In this document: piece by piece, positions 1 to 11,100 of the stretch
How the letters are laid out: each line of letters begins with the position of its first letter
How positions within the stretch are numbered: position 1 is the first letter of the stretch
Origin: an uncultured Deferribacteres bacterium
GTDB lineage: Bacteria > Zhuqueibacterota > Zhuqueibacteria > Zhuqueibacterales > Geothermadaptataceae
Length of the DNA: 51,040 bases
Assembly (NCBI GenBank): GCA_964014485.1
Contig: CAXHAT010000030.1
Coordinates: 1-51,040 of the forward strand
Reading direction: 5' to 3'
Translations under genes and position numbers: made by a program
Notes under the pieces: model-generated
The model's database searches: none
The model's input: only the letters and a program-made list of their open reading frames with translations
Told to the model about the DNA's origin: nothing

Positions 1-62
1 TATTCCAGTATTCCAGTATTCCAGTATTCCAGTATTCCAGTATTCCAGTATTCCAGTATTCC
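1..62. repeat. Tandem octamer repeat (TATTCCAG) x7.75, truncated by the window start
   Basis: Perfect 8-bp period read directly: seven full units at 1-56 plus TATTCC. Confidence 0.97.
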
Positions 63-116
63 AAACAAAATTGAGGTGGAATTTAGGAAATAATCGAGAT
101 TTCAAAAGACGCTTTT

Positions 117-644
117 TTAGATCGGCGGCAGAATTTCAACGACTTCCGCCAAAATATTCTGCTCCGGCGACCTCAGCTTGTTGACCCTGCCGAAGAGCCG
201 GAATGCTCCGTTCAAGCGTAATGCTTTGTTGATCAACGCGTCGGACTCGACGGCGAAAAAACGACTTGGTCTACTTAAAAAAGACACCTTCCGTTCGCTC
301 AGGATGGCGCCAAGCGGCGTGTATCCGGCCTCAATTTCCGCCCGAGCTTCCTCAGGGAAGTGAGTCAGGTCGATTCGAATCGCGCCAAATTCAACCGGCG
401 ATTCATCTTCTTTGACGAGCGTAACTTCGCGATAAATCTCCCCTTTTTCCTTGAAAAGCGAGAGAAGTTGCAAATGCAATTTGCTCTGGTGAAAGCGCTG
501 CAAAGTTCCCGTCATGTCCTGCTCATGCACCAATAAATCTCGGTAGGGTTCGGGCACTTCCGCGCCGGAAATAAAGTGGTGTTCCGGCAATTTCAGCTCG
601 GCTCGGCGATAAAAAAAGTCCAGAGGAAAAAGCTTCGAGACCAT
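117..644 (-). CDS. Chorismate lyase/UTRA-fold-like protein
   Basis: Start taken at ATG 644 (MVSKLFPL); the longer ORF overlaps the upstream gene. Motifs LLVHEQDMTGTL, REVTL, VEFGAIRI, TPLGAIL and FGRVNKL...LAEVVEILPP resemble chorismate-lyase-like proteins. Confidence 0.65.
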   Translation of the reverse strand: MVSKLFPLDFFYRRAELKLPEHHFISGAEVPEPYRDLLVHEQDMTGTLQRFHQSKLHLQLLSLFKEKGEIYREVTLVKEDESPVEFGAIRIDLTHFPEEARAEIEAGYTPLGAILSERKVSFLSRPSRFFAVESDALINKALRLNGAFRLFGRVNKLRSPEQNILAEVVEILPPI

Positions 645-711
645 GTTTTGAGCGTTGGCAAATGTACGTGTTGAAAAATTGTTCCAATGGACGACGGCGG
701 GCGTGAAGCGT

Positions 712-1404
712 TTACTCGGATTCCACCGCTGCAAGCGCGCCGTTTTGCAGCCCGAGACGCCGATCAAATTTGGCTGCCAGCGCCGGGCTGTGAGTGACGA
801 CAATTAAAATATTGTTCTCTTCCTTGTGCAGCTCAAAAAGCAAGGAAGCAACAGAATCGGCGGTGTTTTGATCGAGATTTCCGGTCGGTTCGTCGCAGAG
901 CAAAAGCGCCGGACGGTTGATGAGCGCCCTGGCTATGGCGACGCGTTGGCGTTCTCCGCCGGAAAGCTCCGCGGGACGGTGCGAAAGACGATGGGACAGG
1001 CCGACGCGTTCCAGTAGATTGCGCGCCCGGTCGTCGTGGTTGCGGCTGTCGCGGTTAAACGCCAAAACCGGGATGAGAACGTTTTCCAAGACGGTGTATT
1101 GCGGCATAAGGTGATGGTCTTGAAAAACAAAGCCGACGACTTCGTTGCGGAATTTTGCCAGCTCGGGCTCGGATTTTTGAAACGGATCGCCGCCGTTAAT
1201 CTCAACTTTGCCGGAAGTCGGCGCATCCAACGTCCCGATGATGTGCAGCAATGTGCTTTTGCCGCAGCCGGACGGGCCGAGGATTGCCAGCGATTCGCCG
1301 CCGTGCGCGGAAAATGTCGCATCGCGCAAAACTTCAACTTCGTTGTATTCCGAAGCGTAAATTTTTCCAACTTCTTCAAGTACGAGTTTTATGTGATCGC
1401 TCAT
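712..1404 (-). CDS. ABC transporter ATP-binding protein (LolD/MacB-like)
   Basis: Walker A GPSGCGKST, signature LSGGERQRVAIARAL, Walker B LLLCDEPTGNLD, H-loop VVTH. Confidence 0.95.
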   Translation of the reverse strand: MSDHIKLVLEEVGKIYASEYNEVEVLRDATFSAHGGESLAILGPSGCGKSTLLHIIGTLDAPTSGKVEINGGDPFQKSEPELAKFRNEVVGFVFQDHHLMPQYTVLENVLIPVLAFNRDSRNHDDRARNLLERVGLSHRLSHRPAELSGGERQRVAIARALINRPALLLCDEPTGNLDQNTADSVASLLFELHKEENNILIVVTHSPALAAKFDRRLGLQNGALAAVESE

Positions 1405-1626
1405 CTTCGATTCTTTTGAATGCAGTTAAACGTAAGAGCGTATTGCAACACGCTCCTACTTTTTAGAAAATTATCGTTTTTGATAAGCATTTTTGTCGAA
1501 AGTTCCACCGAATATCAAACCAGTCCAACAGGCTCAAAACCCGCGCAGACGAAAACGTTTGTAACTGCCGGGCGGCTTTGTATTTTGTTGTTTTGCAGCC
1601 GATTTTCGATAACGAAGGAGACCCCG

Positions 1627-2643
1627 ATGAACGCGACGCGATATTACGGCGAAATCACCGGCTGGGGTAAGTACGCGCCAAAACAGCGCATCACGAATCA
1701 TGATTTAGAAAAACGAATCGACACCAGCCACGAATGGATTGTGCAACGTACAGGCATTCATGAGCGCCGCGTTGCGGAAGAGGGAGAAACGACGGCGACT
1801 CTGGCAGTAAACGCCAGCCGTCAAGCGCTCGAAAAATCCGGCGTCGCGCCGGACAAACTGGATTTGATCATCGTGGCGACTTCCAGCCCGGATTATTTGA
1901 CGCCGCCGGTTTCGAGCCAGGTGCAGCACATGCTCGGCGCAACCGGCGTTCCCGCCTTCGTTCTGGAAACCGGCTGCACTGGCTTTGTTTACGCGCTGAC
2001 GACGGCTTATCAATTTATTGCAACCGGCGCTTACGACAATATTTTGGTGATCGGCGTTGAGTTGATCACGCGCTGGCTGGACTGGGAAGACCGCGCTACG
2101 TGCGTGCTTTTCGGGGACGCCGCCGGAGCCGTCGTCGTGCAAAAAACCGAGGGAAAATGCGGCTTGTTTGGGTTTGATCTTGGCTCAGACGGCAGTCAGA
2201 GCGAAAGCATCATTGTTCCCGCCGGCGGAACCGCTAATCCGCCGACGCAAAAAACGCTGGACGACGGCGGTCATTTTGTGCGCATGAACGGGCAAGACGT
2301 TTTCAAATTTGCCACGCGCGTCATCGGCAAGTCTTGTCGTCGTGCGTTGGCCAATGCAAACAAAACGATGCGCGACGTAGACTGGATCATTCCGCATCAA
2401 GCGAATTTGCGCATTATCGAAACCGCCTCGCGCTTTATGGAAACGCCGATGGATCGTTTTATCGTCAACGTTCACAAATACGCCAACACTTCGGCGGCGT
2501 CGATTCCGGTTGCGCTGACTGAAGCGCTCGACGAAGGTATAGTCTCGCCGGAAGACACGCTGCTCATGGTTTCTTTTGGCGCAGGGTTGACCTGGGCTTC
2601 GGCGGTTTTGCAAATGACGCCGTCGAGATCGAACAGCAATTAG
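1627..2643 (+). CDS. fabH: 3-oxoacyl-ACP synthase III
   Basis: RBS AAGGAG before ATG 1627. Motifs WIVQRTGIHERR, catalytic GCTGF, PHQAN, YANTSAAS and FGAGLTW. Confidence 0.92.
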   Translation: MNATRYYGEITGWGKYAPKQRITNHDLEKRIDTSHEWIVQRTGIHERRVAEEGETTATLAVNASRQALEKSGVAPDKLDLIIVATSSPDYLTPPVSSQVQHMLGATGVPAFVLETGCTGFVYALTTAYQFIATGAYDNILVIGVELITRWLDWEDRATCVLFGDAAGAVVVQKTEGKCGLFGFDLGSDGSQSESIIVPAGGTANPPTQKTLDDGGHFVRMNGQDVFKFATRVIGKSCRRALANANKTMRDVDWIIPHQANLRIIETASRFMETPMDRFIVNVHKYANTSAASIPVALTEALDEGIVSPEDTLLMVSFGAGLTWASAVLQMTPSRSNSN

Positions 2644-2814
2644 GTGAAATTTATTTATTGGGGCGGAAAGATGGTTGGCGGAAAAATTAATAGCTGATGT
2701 TACGCACTCTTGAAAATTCCTCAAGCAGCACCAGAGAAACGTCGCTTTTACGTCATTCCCGCGCAGGCGGGGAACCAGTCAATCGTGCACAGCCCCTGGA
2801 TTCCCGCCTGCGCG

Positions 2815-3093
2815 CACGCGCGATAAAAAGAATGTGGATAACTTGTACATTGTCCTGGAGGGACATTCGAAAATAGCCAGCCAATTCATTGGCTGGATTA
2901 GAGTTATGTCTGATTTCCATGAAGTCCCGTCAGGGACGATTGAAGCTCGGCGTTGTGTAAAAATATCAGTCGTCCCTGCCGGGACTTAACTCAAAGAGCG
3001 GCTTATTTTTCCCCCGCCAGTCAACTGGCGGGCTATTCTCGACCGTCCCTCCGGGACAGATTTGAGTTATCCACATTGTTTTTATCGCGCGTG
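2815..3093. mobile_element. Inner MITE family B (29-bp TIR containing a DnaA box; 10-bp TSD CGCCTGCGCG)
   Basis: CACGCGCGATAAAAAGAATGTGGATAACT (2815-2843) matches the reverse complement of 3065-3093 at 28/29. CGCCTGCGCG is duplicated on both flanks. Confidence 0.85.
2851..3058. repeat. REP/REPIN-like multi-hairpin element (GTCCC...GGGAC family)
   Basis: Nested palindromes: GTCCTGGAGGGAC, CCAGCCAATTCATTGGCTGG, AAGTCCCGTCAGGGACGA / TCGTCCCTGCCGGGACTT, CCCGCCAGTCAACTGGCGGG, GTCCCTCCGGGAC. Confidence 0.75.
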
Positions 3094-3214
3094 CGCCTGC
3101 GCGGGAATGACATTAACAGGAGTTTCTTTGGCTTCATAGCTGGCGCGTAACATCAGTTAATAGAAGAATTTTTCTGCAAATCATCTTTGTGTCAAGGACA
3201 AACGGGAAGAAATA

Positions 3215-4795
3215 ATGAAAAATCGCCGCGCTAGAATTTCCGTAATTATTCTGATTTTGGGGTTCTGCGAATATGCCGTTTCTTCGATTAAGACGACGCA
3301 ACAGACGCAGCCCAACATCATTTTTATCATGACTGACGATCATGCGGTACAGGCTGTCAGCAGCTATGGCAGCAAGCTTATTCAAACGCCGAACATTGAC
3401 CGCATTGGCGATGAAGGCGTTCGCTTCAATAATTGCTTTGTGACAAATTCAATCTGCGCGCCAAGTCGCGCCGTTATGTTGACTGGAAAATACTCTCATC
3501 TCAACGGCCTGCGCGACAACCGCGACCGCTTTGACGGCGAGCAAACAACGTTTCCGAAGTTGCTGCAAAAGGCCGGCTACCAAACCGCGATTGTCGGCAA
3601 ATGGCATCTCAAGACCGCGCCGACGGGATTTGATTATTGGAACGTCCTCATCGGTCAGGGCGCGTATTATAATCCAACAATGATCGAGAACGGCGACACG
3701 CTGAATTACACCGGCTACACGACGGACGTCATTACCGATTTGGCGCTGGAAACTATGGAAAAGCGCAATAAAGAAAAACCGTTCGCACTGCTCTACCACC
3801 ACAAAGCGCCGCATCGCAACTGGATGCCGAGCCCCAAGCACTTTGAAATGTTTAAAGACGACCTTCCCGTGCCCGAAACGTTTTTTGATGATTATGCCAC
3901 GCGCACTTCCGCCGCGCGCGAGCAGGACATGCGCATCGACGACATGTATCTTTCGATGGACATGAAATTGATGCCTGAGGATTTTGAAAAAGAAACCGGT
4001 ACGGGCGGCCAGAAGAGCTTCAATCCCGTTAACTCGTGGCTGGCGAACTATAACCGAATGACCCCGGAACAGAAAGCCGCCTGGGACGCGCATTACGAGC
4101 CGATTCGCAAGGATTATCGCGAGAACAAACGCAGCGGCAAGGAACTGGCGATTTGGAAATACCAGCGATATATCAAGGATTATTTGCGCTGCATCGCTTC
4201 GGTAGATGAAAACATTGGTCGGGTTTTGGACTATCTTGACGAAAACGGGCTGACGGAAAATACGCTGGTCGTTTACACTTCAGATCAAGGCTTTTATCTC
4301 GGCGAACATGGTTGGTACGACAAGCGATTTATGTACGAAGAATCACTGCGAACGCCTTTGGTGATGCGCTATCCCGCTAAAATCAAAGCGGGGACGGTCG
4401 CGAACGCAATGGCGCTGAATCTCGATTTTGCTTCAACTTTCCTAGAATTGGCGGGGGCGGAAATTCCAAACGACATGCAGGGGCGCTCGCTGGCGGCTTT
4501 GTTTAACGGCCGACAACCAAAGGACTGGCGAAAATCGATGTACTACGAATACTACGAATATCCGCACGGCTGGCACGATGTAAAAAAACATTACGGCGTT
4601 CGCACGATGCGGTACAAGTTGATCCATTTCTATGAAGATGACGAGTGGGAGTTTTACGATTTGAAAAAAGACCCGCACGAAGTGAGCAACATCTATGGCA
4701 GCCACAAATCCAGGAAAAAAGTTGAGAATTTAAAAAAAGAGCTCGTTCGGCTGCGCAAACAATTTAAGGTTCCGGAAGCACAAGCGGGGCATTGA
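3215..4795 (+). CDS. Formylglycine-dependent (S1) sulfatase, exported
   Basis: N-terminal signal-like segment; motifs PNIIFIMTDDH, CAPSRAVMLTGKY (CxPxR), GKWHL and YTSDQGFYLGEHG. Confidence 0.95.
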   Translation: MKNRRARISVIILILGFCEYAVSSIKTTQQTQPNIIFIMTDDHAVQAVSSYGSKLIQTPNIDRIGDEGVRFNNCFVTNSICAPSRAVMLTGKYSHLNGLRDNRDRFDGEQTTFPKLLQKAGYQTAIVGKWHLKTAPTGFDYWNVLIGQGAYYNPTMIENGDTLNYTGYTTDVITDLALETMEKRNKEKPFALLYHHKAPHRNWMPSPKHFEMFKDDLPVPETFFDDYATRTSAAREQDMRIDDMYLSMDMKLMPEDFEKETGTGGQKSFNPVNSWLANYNRMTPEQKAAWDAHYEPIRKDYRENKRSGKELAIWKYQRYIKDYLRCIASVDENIGRVLDYLDENGLTENTLVVYTSDQGFYLGEHGWYDKRFMYEESLRTPLVMRYPAKIKAGTVANAMALNLDFASTFLELAGAEIPNDMQGRSLAALFNGRQPKDWRKSMYYEYYEYPHGWHDVKKHYGVRTMRYKLIHFYEDDEWEFYDLKKDPHEVSNIYGSHKSRKKVENLKKELVRLRKQFKVPEAQAGH

Positions 4796-5184
4796 AGCGA
4801 CTTGCATCAGAAAATTAATAATCGTATCAACAATTGTTAAATATTGTTTTTTCTACAAATAGAAACAAAAGAGGGTACTTTTTCATATTGTCCAAATGAA
4901 AATTGCTTGCAAGCATAGCGAGCAAGGTTTATTCTTGACTTCCCCATTGTCAAGGGATGACTCGGGGCGATCCTTCGAAAGATGAAACAGGTCAACGACC
5001 AATCTGTAAAATCTTTCACCTTCTTTCAAACATTCAGAGAAAAATTAAGTCGAAAAGACGGCGCCGCCAGCGTTCATTTTTGTAGCTAATTCACCCTTTT
5101 TAACCTTTCCGCCAAAGGGGCGGCTCAGGTTTCATCGGGTCGACAATTTGTTATGGGCAGGTTCCCGGTCAAAAGAGGTTTACC

Positions 5185-8100
5185 ATGAAGTGCACCCGTT
5201 TCTTATTCATTTCAGCGTTGAACATGCGAAACGTCTTGGCGCTCATTTATTTGGTGTGTTTGCCTGCAGTTCTTCTTGGGCAAAACGACTGTCGTGACGC
5301 CGTTCACGATCCTGCGAACTTAAAATGCGTGCTGGACGTCAACCCGACGACCTTTCTGCCAATGACGGACGGAACGGCCTATATTTCCGTGACCGACGCT
5401 ACGCAAACGCCTTACAGCACTTTTCTCTACCCTTCCAATTCGAATGACATGCCCGCCCTCCACCGATCAAAGGGCCAATCGATCGCCGCCGGGATTGTAC
5501 CGTTAGACGTGAACGGAAATCCGGATGTCGTCAACGGCAAAATCAAAATTATTGCGGAGGGGCCGTCTAATCAACGCGATGAAATGGACAAGTTTTTTGA
5601 GCTGCACATTGACGGCAACGCCGCGTTACATCCAAATTTGGAATTTGAGAATCTAGCCGTCGGCTCATGTGACCTGGTTTGCTGGGCGGACGGCGGGCCC
5701 GGCGCTGTCGACCCGCAGGTGCAAATCGCTTTTGTGAAGCACACAAATAATCGCAAACAAAATCAGGATGGTTCGCCGCTTCAGGCAAACGGTTATTTCA
5801 ACACAGCGGCGGATAAATCGTTTCCCAACCATGCACAGACGACTAAGTCGATGCTGAAAACGCGCATTCTCGATCTCAAAATAAAATACCCTAACCTCAA
5901 AATCGTCTATTTGACCAGCCGCTCCTTCGGCGGATGGTCTTGCGATCCGTCAAACGACCAATACCGCGAGCCGGTGGGTTACGAAGAAGGTTTTTCCGTC
6001 AAGTGGCTCGTCGAAGATCAGACGCTTGGCAATGATCCAGACCTCGCTTTTGAGGGCGCCAATCCGCAAGCGCCGTGGATCGCCTGGGGGCCTTATCTTT
6101 GGGATCCGGCCACGCCGCAAGATCACATGAAAGACGACGGCGTACACCCTTGCGAAACCGGCCAGACCGTGATTGCCGATAAATGGTATGATTTCCTGAC
6201 CAATGATAACACCGCCGCGCCCTGGTTTCTGGACGCCAATATCGACGCGCCTTCCGGCTTGACGGCGATGCTCAACGGCGCAACCACGATTGATTTGAGT
6301 TGGACGGACAATTCGAACAACGAAGACGGATTTACGATTGAGCGCAAGGAAGGGAACGGCGCTTTTGTCGCGATTGCTTCCGTAGGCGCGGGCGTGCAGA
6401 CTTACATCGATTCCGGCCTGCAGGAAAGCACGTCTTACACTTATCGCGTGCGTGCTTTTAATGCTCAGGAAACCTCTTCTTTCAGCAACGAAGCGGCCGC
6501 CGCCACGCCTGGCGTACCGACGGCGCCGGAGAACCTGATCGCTCTGGCAGCGGCAAACGACCAAATCGATCTTTCCTGGACGGACAATGTCGGTAATGAA
6601 GATAATTTCAAAATCGAACGGCATTCAGGCGACGGCAATTTTGTCGAGATCGCGACGACGGCGGCGAATGTTTCGAGCTACAACGATGCAGGCCTGACGC
6701 CGGGCGCGACTTACACTTATCGCGTTTTTGCCATGAACGCCCAGGGGAACTCCGGTTTTACCAACGAAGCTTCCGCGACTACGCCGACGCAAACCGCCTG
6801 CGTGCCAAACGGCAATAATCTCGCGCTTAATCAAGCGACGACGGCTTCTTCCGTTGATCCGCCGGACAATCCCGAAGACGCGACCGACGGCAACAGCGGC
6901 ACGCTCTGGCGCAGTGACGATGTTAACGAAGGAACGCCGGAATGGCTCAAGGTCGATTTCGGCGCGACGGTGCAGGTGGACAGCGTTTTTATCGGCTGGG
7001 AAAGCAAAGATTACGCGGAAGTTTATGAAGTCCAGCTTTCAGACGACGACCTCAACTGGACGACGGCGGTGAGTGCAACCAAGAGCGACGAGGGCGACGA
7101 AATCCATACTTTCGCCCTGACCAGCGCGCGCTACATGCGTATTTGGATGACGCAAAATCGCAAATCGACTTACAAAGTTTATGAATTGGAAGCCTACGGT
7201 TGCAGCGGCGACGTCATCAACGCTCCGGCGGCGCCGAGCGCACTCACGGCGACGAAAAATGCAACAACGCCGGATTCGCGTATCGATCTCGTCTGGACGG
7301 ATAATGCGGACAATGAAAACGGCTTTAAAATTGAGCGGCACAACGGCGATGGCAATTTTGTCTTGATCGCCAGCGTCGCGGCGGGCGTGACGACGTTTTC
7401 CGATTTTGGTTTGGACGACGGCACGACCTATACTTACCGCTTGAGCGCTTACAACGGCGCTGGAGATTCCGGTCTTTCCAACGAAGCGTCTGCGAGCACT
7501 GATCTGCTGCCGCCGGACGCGCCGAGCGATTTTACCGCAATTGCAAACGGAGTGAGCCAGATCAATCTAAGCTGGACGGATAACGCAGACAGTGAAGACG
7601 GCTTTAAAATTGAGCGTCACGGCGGCGACGGCAATTTTGTTGAGATCGCCGCAGTCGGCCCGGATGTGACGACTTACAACGACACGGGGTTGAGCGCGAG
7701 CACAACTTTTACTTACCGCATTGCCGCCTACAACGCCGCTGGAAATTCCGTTTACGCCGGGCCGGTTTCCGCCACAACAAATGACCCGCCCAATCCGCCC
7801 GCCGCGCCCTCCACCCTAACAGCGACGGCTATCAGCGATACGCAAATTGATTTGACCTGGACGGATAACGCCAACAATGAAAACGGTTTCAAAGTCGAGC
7901 GCCACGCTGGGGACGGCAATTTCGTGCTCATTGCGACGCTTGCGGCGAACGTTACGTCTTACAGCAACACCGGTTTGAGCGCTTCCACAACCTACACCTA
8001 CCGCATTTTCGCCTTCAACGACGACGGCGATTCCGGCTTTTCGAATGAAGCTGCAGCAACGACGGCTCCTCCCCCGCCGCCGCCAGCCGCGCCTTCGGGA

Positions 8101-11100
8101 TTGACGGCGATTGCGGCGAGCAGCAGCCAAATTGACTTGAGTTGGACGGACAATTCGGGCGATGAGACCGGTTTTAAAATTGAGCGTCACGCCGGAGACG
8201 GCAATTTCGCGGAGATCGCGACCGTCGGCGCGGACGTGACTGCCTTCAACGACACAGGCTTAAATCCAAGCGCGACTTACACTTATCGTGTGCGCGCCTA
8301 TAACGGCGGCGGCGACTCAGGTTACTCGAACTCAGCGAATGCGACGACTTTTCCGCCGCCGCCCGCCGCACCGTCAGGACTAACGGCAGTGGCAGTAAGC
8401 AGCAGCCAAATCGATCTCAGTTGGACGGACAATTCCGGCGACGAAGACGGCTTCAAAATCGAGCGCCACGCGGGGGACGGCAATTTTGTCGAAATCGCGA
8501 CTGTCGGCGCGGACGTGGTTTCTTTCAACGATTCCGGCTTGAATCCGGCGACGACCTACACCTACCAAATTCGCGCCCACAACGCCAGCGGCAATTCCGC
8601 CTATGCAGGCCCGGCCGCCGCGACGACGCAGCCTCTGCCCCCCGCCGATCCGGCCAATCTCGCGGCGACGGCAAACGGCGCTTCACAAATCGATCTTTCC
8701 TGGGATGATAATTCGGCCAACGAAGACGGTTTTAAGATCGAGCGCCATGCCGGGGACGGCAATTTCGCGGAGATTGCGACCGTTGGCGCGGGCGTGACTT
8801 CGTACAACGACACGGGTCTGAGCGCGAGCACGAGCTACACTTATCGCGTGCGCGCTCACAACACCGGCGGCAACTCAGGCTACAGCAACGAAGCTTCCGC
8901 GACCACCGCCACGCCGCCGCCCGCCGCGCCGAGCAATCTTGCGGCGACCGCAAACGGCACGAGCCAAATCGATCTCACATGGACGGACAATTCGAATGAT
9001 GAAGACGGCTTTAAAATTGAGCGTCACGCCGGGGACGGCAATTTTGTTGAAATCGCCAATCTCGGCGCGGACGTCACCTCGTTCAACGATTCCGGTCTGA
9101 ATCCGGGAACGACCTACACCTACCAAATTCGCGCCTTTAACAGCGGCGGCAATTCAACTTACGACGGCCCGGTTTCGGAAACGACGACGCCATTGCCGCC
9201 CGCCGATCCGGACAATTTAACCGCAACGGCCAACGGCGGTTTCCAGGTGGATTTGACCTGGAACGACAACGCAAATAACGAAGACGGTTTCAGCATCGAG
9301 CGTCATGACGGCGACGGCAGTTTTGCGGAAATCGCCGTCGTCGGCGCGAACGTGACTTCCTACAACGACACGGGCTTAAACTCAAACGCAACTTACACTT
9401 ACCGCGTGCGCGCCTTCAACAACGGCGGCGAATCGAATTACGCCGGGCCCGCTTCCGCGACCACAACCGCCTCGCCGCCGGACGCGCCGACGGCTTTGAC
9501 GGCCACGACCATCGGCAGCCAGCAAATTGATTTGGCCTGGACGGATAACGCCGACAACGAGGACGGTTTTAAAATCGAAAGTCACGACGGCGACGGCAAT
9601 TTCACCGAGATCGCCGTGGTCGGCGCCAACGTCACGATGTACAACGACATCGGCCTGACGGAAACCACAACCTACACCTACCGCGTGCGCGCCTTCAACA
9701 ACGACGGCGATTCGAATTTCAGCAACGAAGCTTCGGCGACCACGGATCAGGGCGGCTGCGTTCCCAGCGACGACAATATTGCGCTGAACCAGACGACGAC
9801 GGTCTCGTCGGTCGATCCGCCGGACAACGCCGAAAACGCCACCGACGGCGACGACAATTCGCTCTGGCGCAGCGACGACGTCCGGGCCGGAACGCCGGAA
9901 TGGTTGAAAGTCGATTTTGGCCAAACCGCGACCTTCGACAGCGTGATGATTGGTTTTGAAGACAAGGATTACGCCGAAGTTTTTGAAATTCAAACCTCGG
10001 ACGACGACGCCAACTGGACGACCGTTGTGAGCGCCACGAAGAGCGACGAGGGCGACGAACATTTCGGCTTTGCGCCGGTCTCCGCGCAATTCGTCCGCAT
10101 TCACATGACCCAGAATCGCAAATCGACTTACAAGATTTATGAATTTGAAGTGTTCGGCTGTTTTGGCGGCGGCGCTTCGCAAAACCCGCCGAGCGCGCCC
10201 AGCGGCTTGAACGCAACGGCGAACGGCGTTTCCCAAATCGATCTCGCCTGGTTCGACAATGCCGGCGACGAGAGCGGCTTCAAAATCGAGCGCCACGACG
10301 GCGACGGCAATTTTGCGGAAGTTGCCGTGGTTGGAACAAATTCAACTTCGTTCAACGATACTGGCTTAAATCCAGCCACAACCTACACTTATCGCGTGCG
10401 CGCCTACAACATGGGCGGCAACTCCGGCTACACCAACCAATCTTCCGCGACCACCGCCACGCCCGCGCCGGACGCGCCTTCAGGAGCAGCGGCAGTTGCA
10501 GTCGGCAGTGATCGAATCGATTTGACTTGGGTGGATAATTCGGACAACGAAGACGGCTTCAAAATCGAGCGGCACGACGGCGACGGTAATTTTGTCGAAA
10601 TCGCCGGCGTTGGGGCGAATGTCTCGGCGTACAACGATCTTGGCCTGAACAGCGGCGCGACTTACACCTACCGCGTGCGTGCGCACAACGTCGGCGGCAA
10701 TTCGAATTACTCGAACCAGGCTGCTGCGACGACGGACGAGGTGCCGCCCGCCGCGCCGAGCGCTCTTTCCGCGACCGCCAACGGCACGTCGCAGATCGAT
10801 TTGAGTTGGGCGGATAATGCAAACAACGAAGACGGCTTCAAAATCGAGCGGCACGCCGGAGACGGCAATTTCGTTGAAATCGCGACGGTTGGCGCGAATG
10901 TGAGTTCGTTCAACAATTCCGGACTGAGCGCCAGCACAACTTACACTTATCGCGTGCGCGCCCACAACGCTGCCGGCAATTCAAACTATTCCAACGAAGC
11001 CGCCGCGACAACGGAAGATCCGCCCACGCCGCCCGCCGCACCGACAAGTTTGACGGCAACGGCCAACGGCGCTTCGCAAATCGATTTGAGCTGGACGGAC

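Larger units (their letters stand above)
2752..3111. repeat. dRS3/REP-like hairpin element GTCATTCCCGCGCAGGCGGG...CGCCTGCGCGGGAATGAC, interrupted by an insertion
   Basis: Left arm at 2752-2778. The right arm is split at CGCCTGCGCG (2805-2814 and 3094-3103) and ends GGAATGAC at 3111. Confidence 0.8.
2694..3156. mobile_element. MITE family A, copy 1 (TIR CTGATGTTACGC...GCGTAACATCAG; 7-bp TSD TTAATAG)
   Basis: Inverted ends at 2694-2707 and 3143-3156. TTAATAG occurs directly before (2687-2693) and after (3157-3163). The same ends recur at 39301-39547 and 49518-49799. Confidence 0.85.

Noticed and set aside
1420..1626. 69-aa N-terminal extension of FabH in the ORF track
   Set aside because: This is the divergent promoter region; a strong RBS precedes ATG 1627, where the homology starts.
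2833..3075. oriC suggested by two DnaA boxes
   Set aside because: Only two boxes, both inside a TIR pair with a TSD; no AT-rich unwinding element and no dnaA, dnaN or gidA context.
2694..3156. GTTACGC/GCGTAAC ends as integron attC sites
   Set aside because: The orientation is opposite to attC (GTT on the left, AAC on the right), target duplications are present, and no integrase is seen.
4800..5184. Long leader upstream of the giant gene as a riboswitch
   Set aside because: No aptamer consensus that I can recognise; an Infernal/Rfam scan would be needed to decide.
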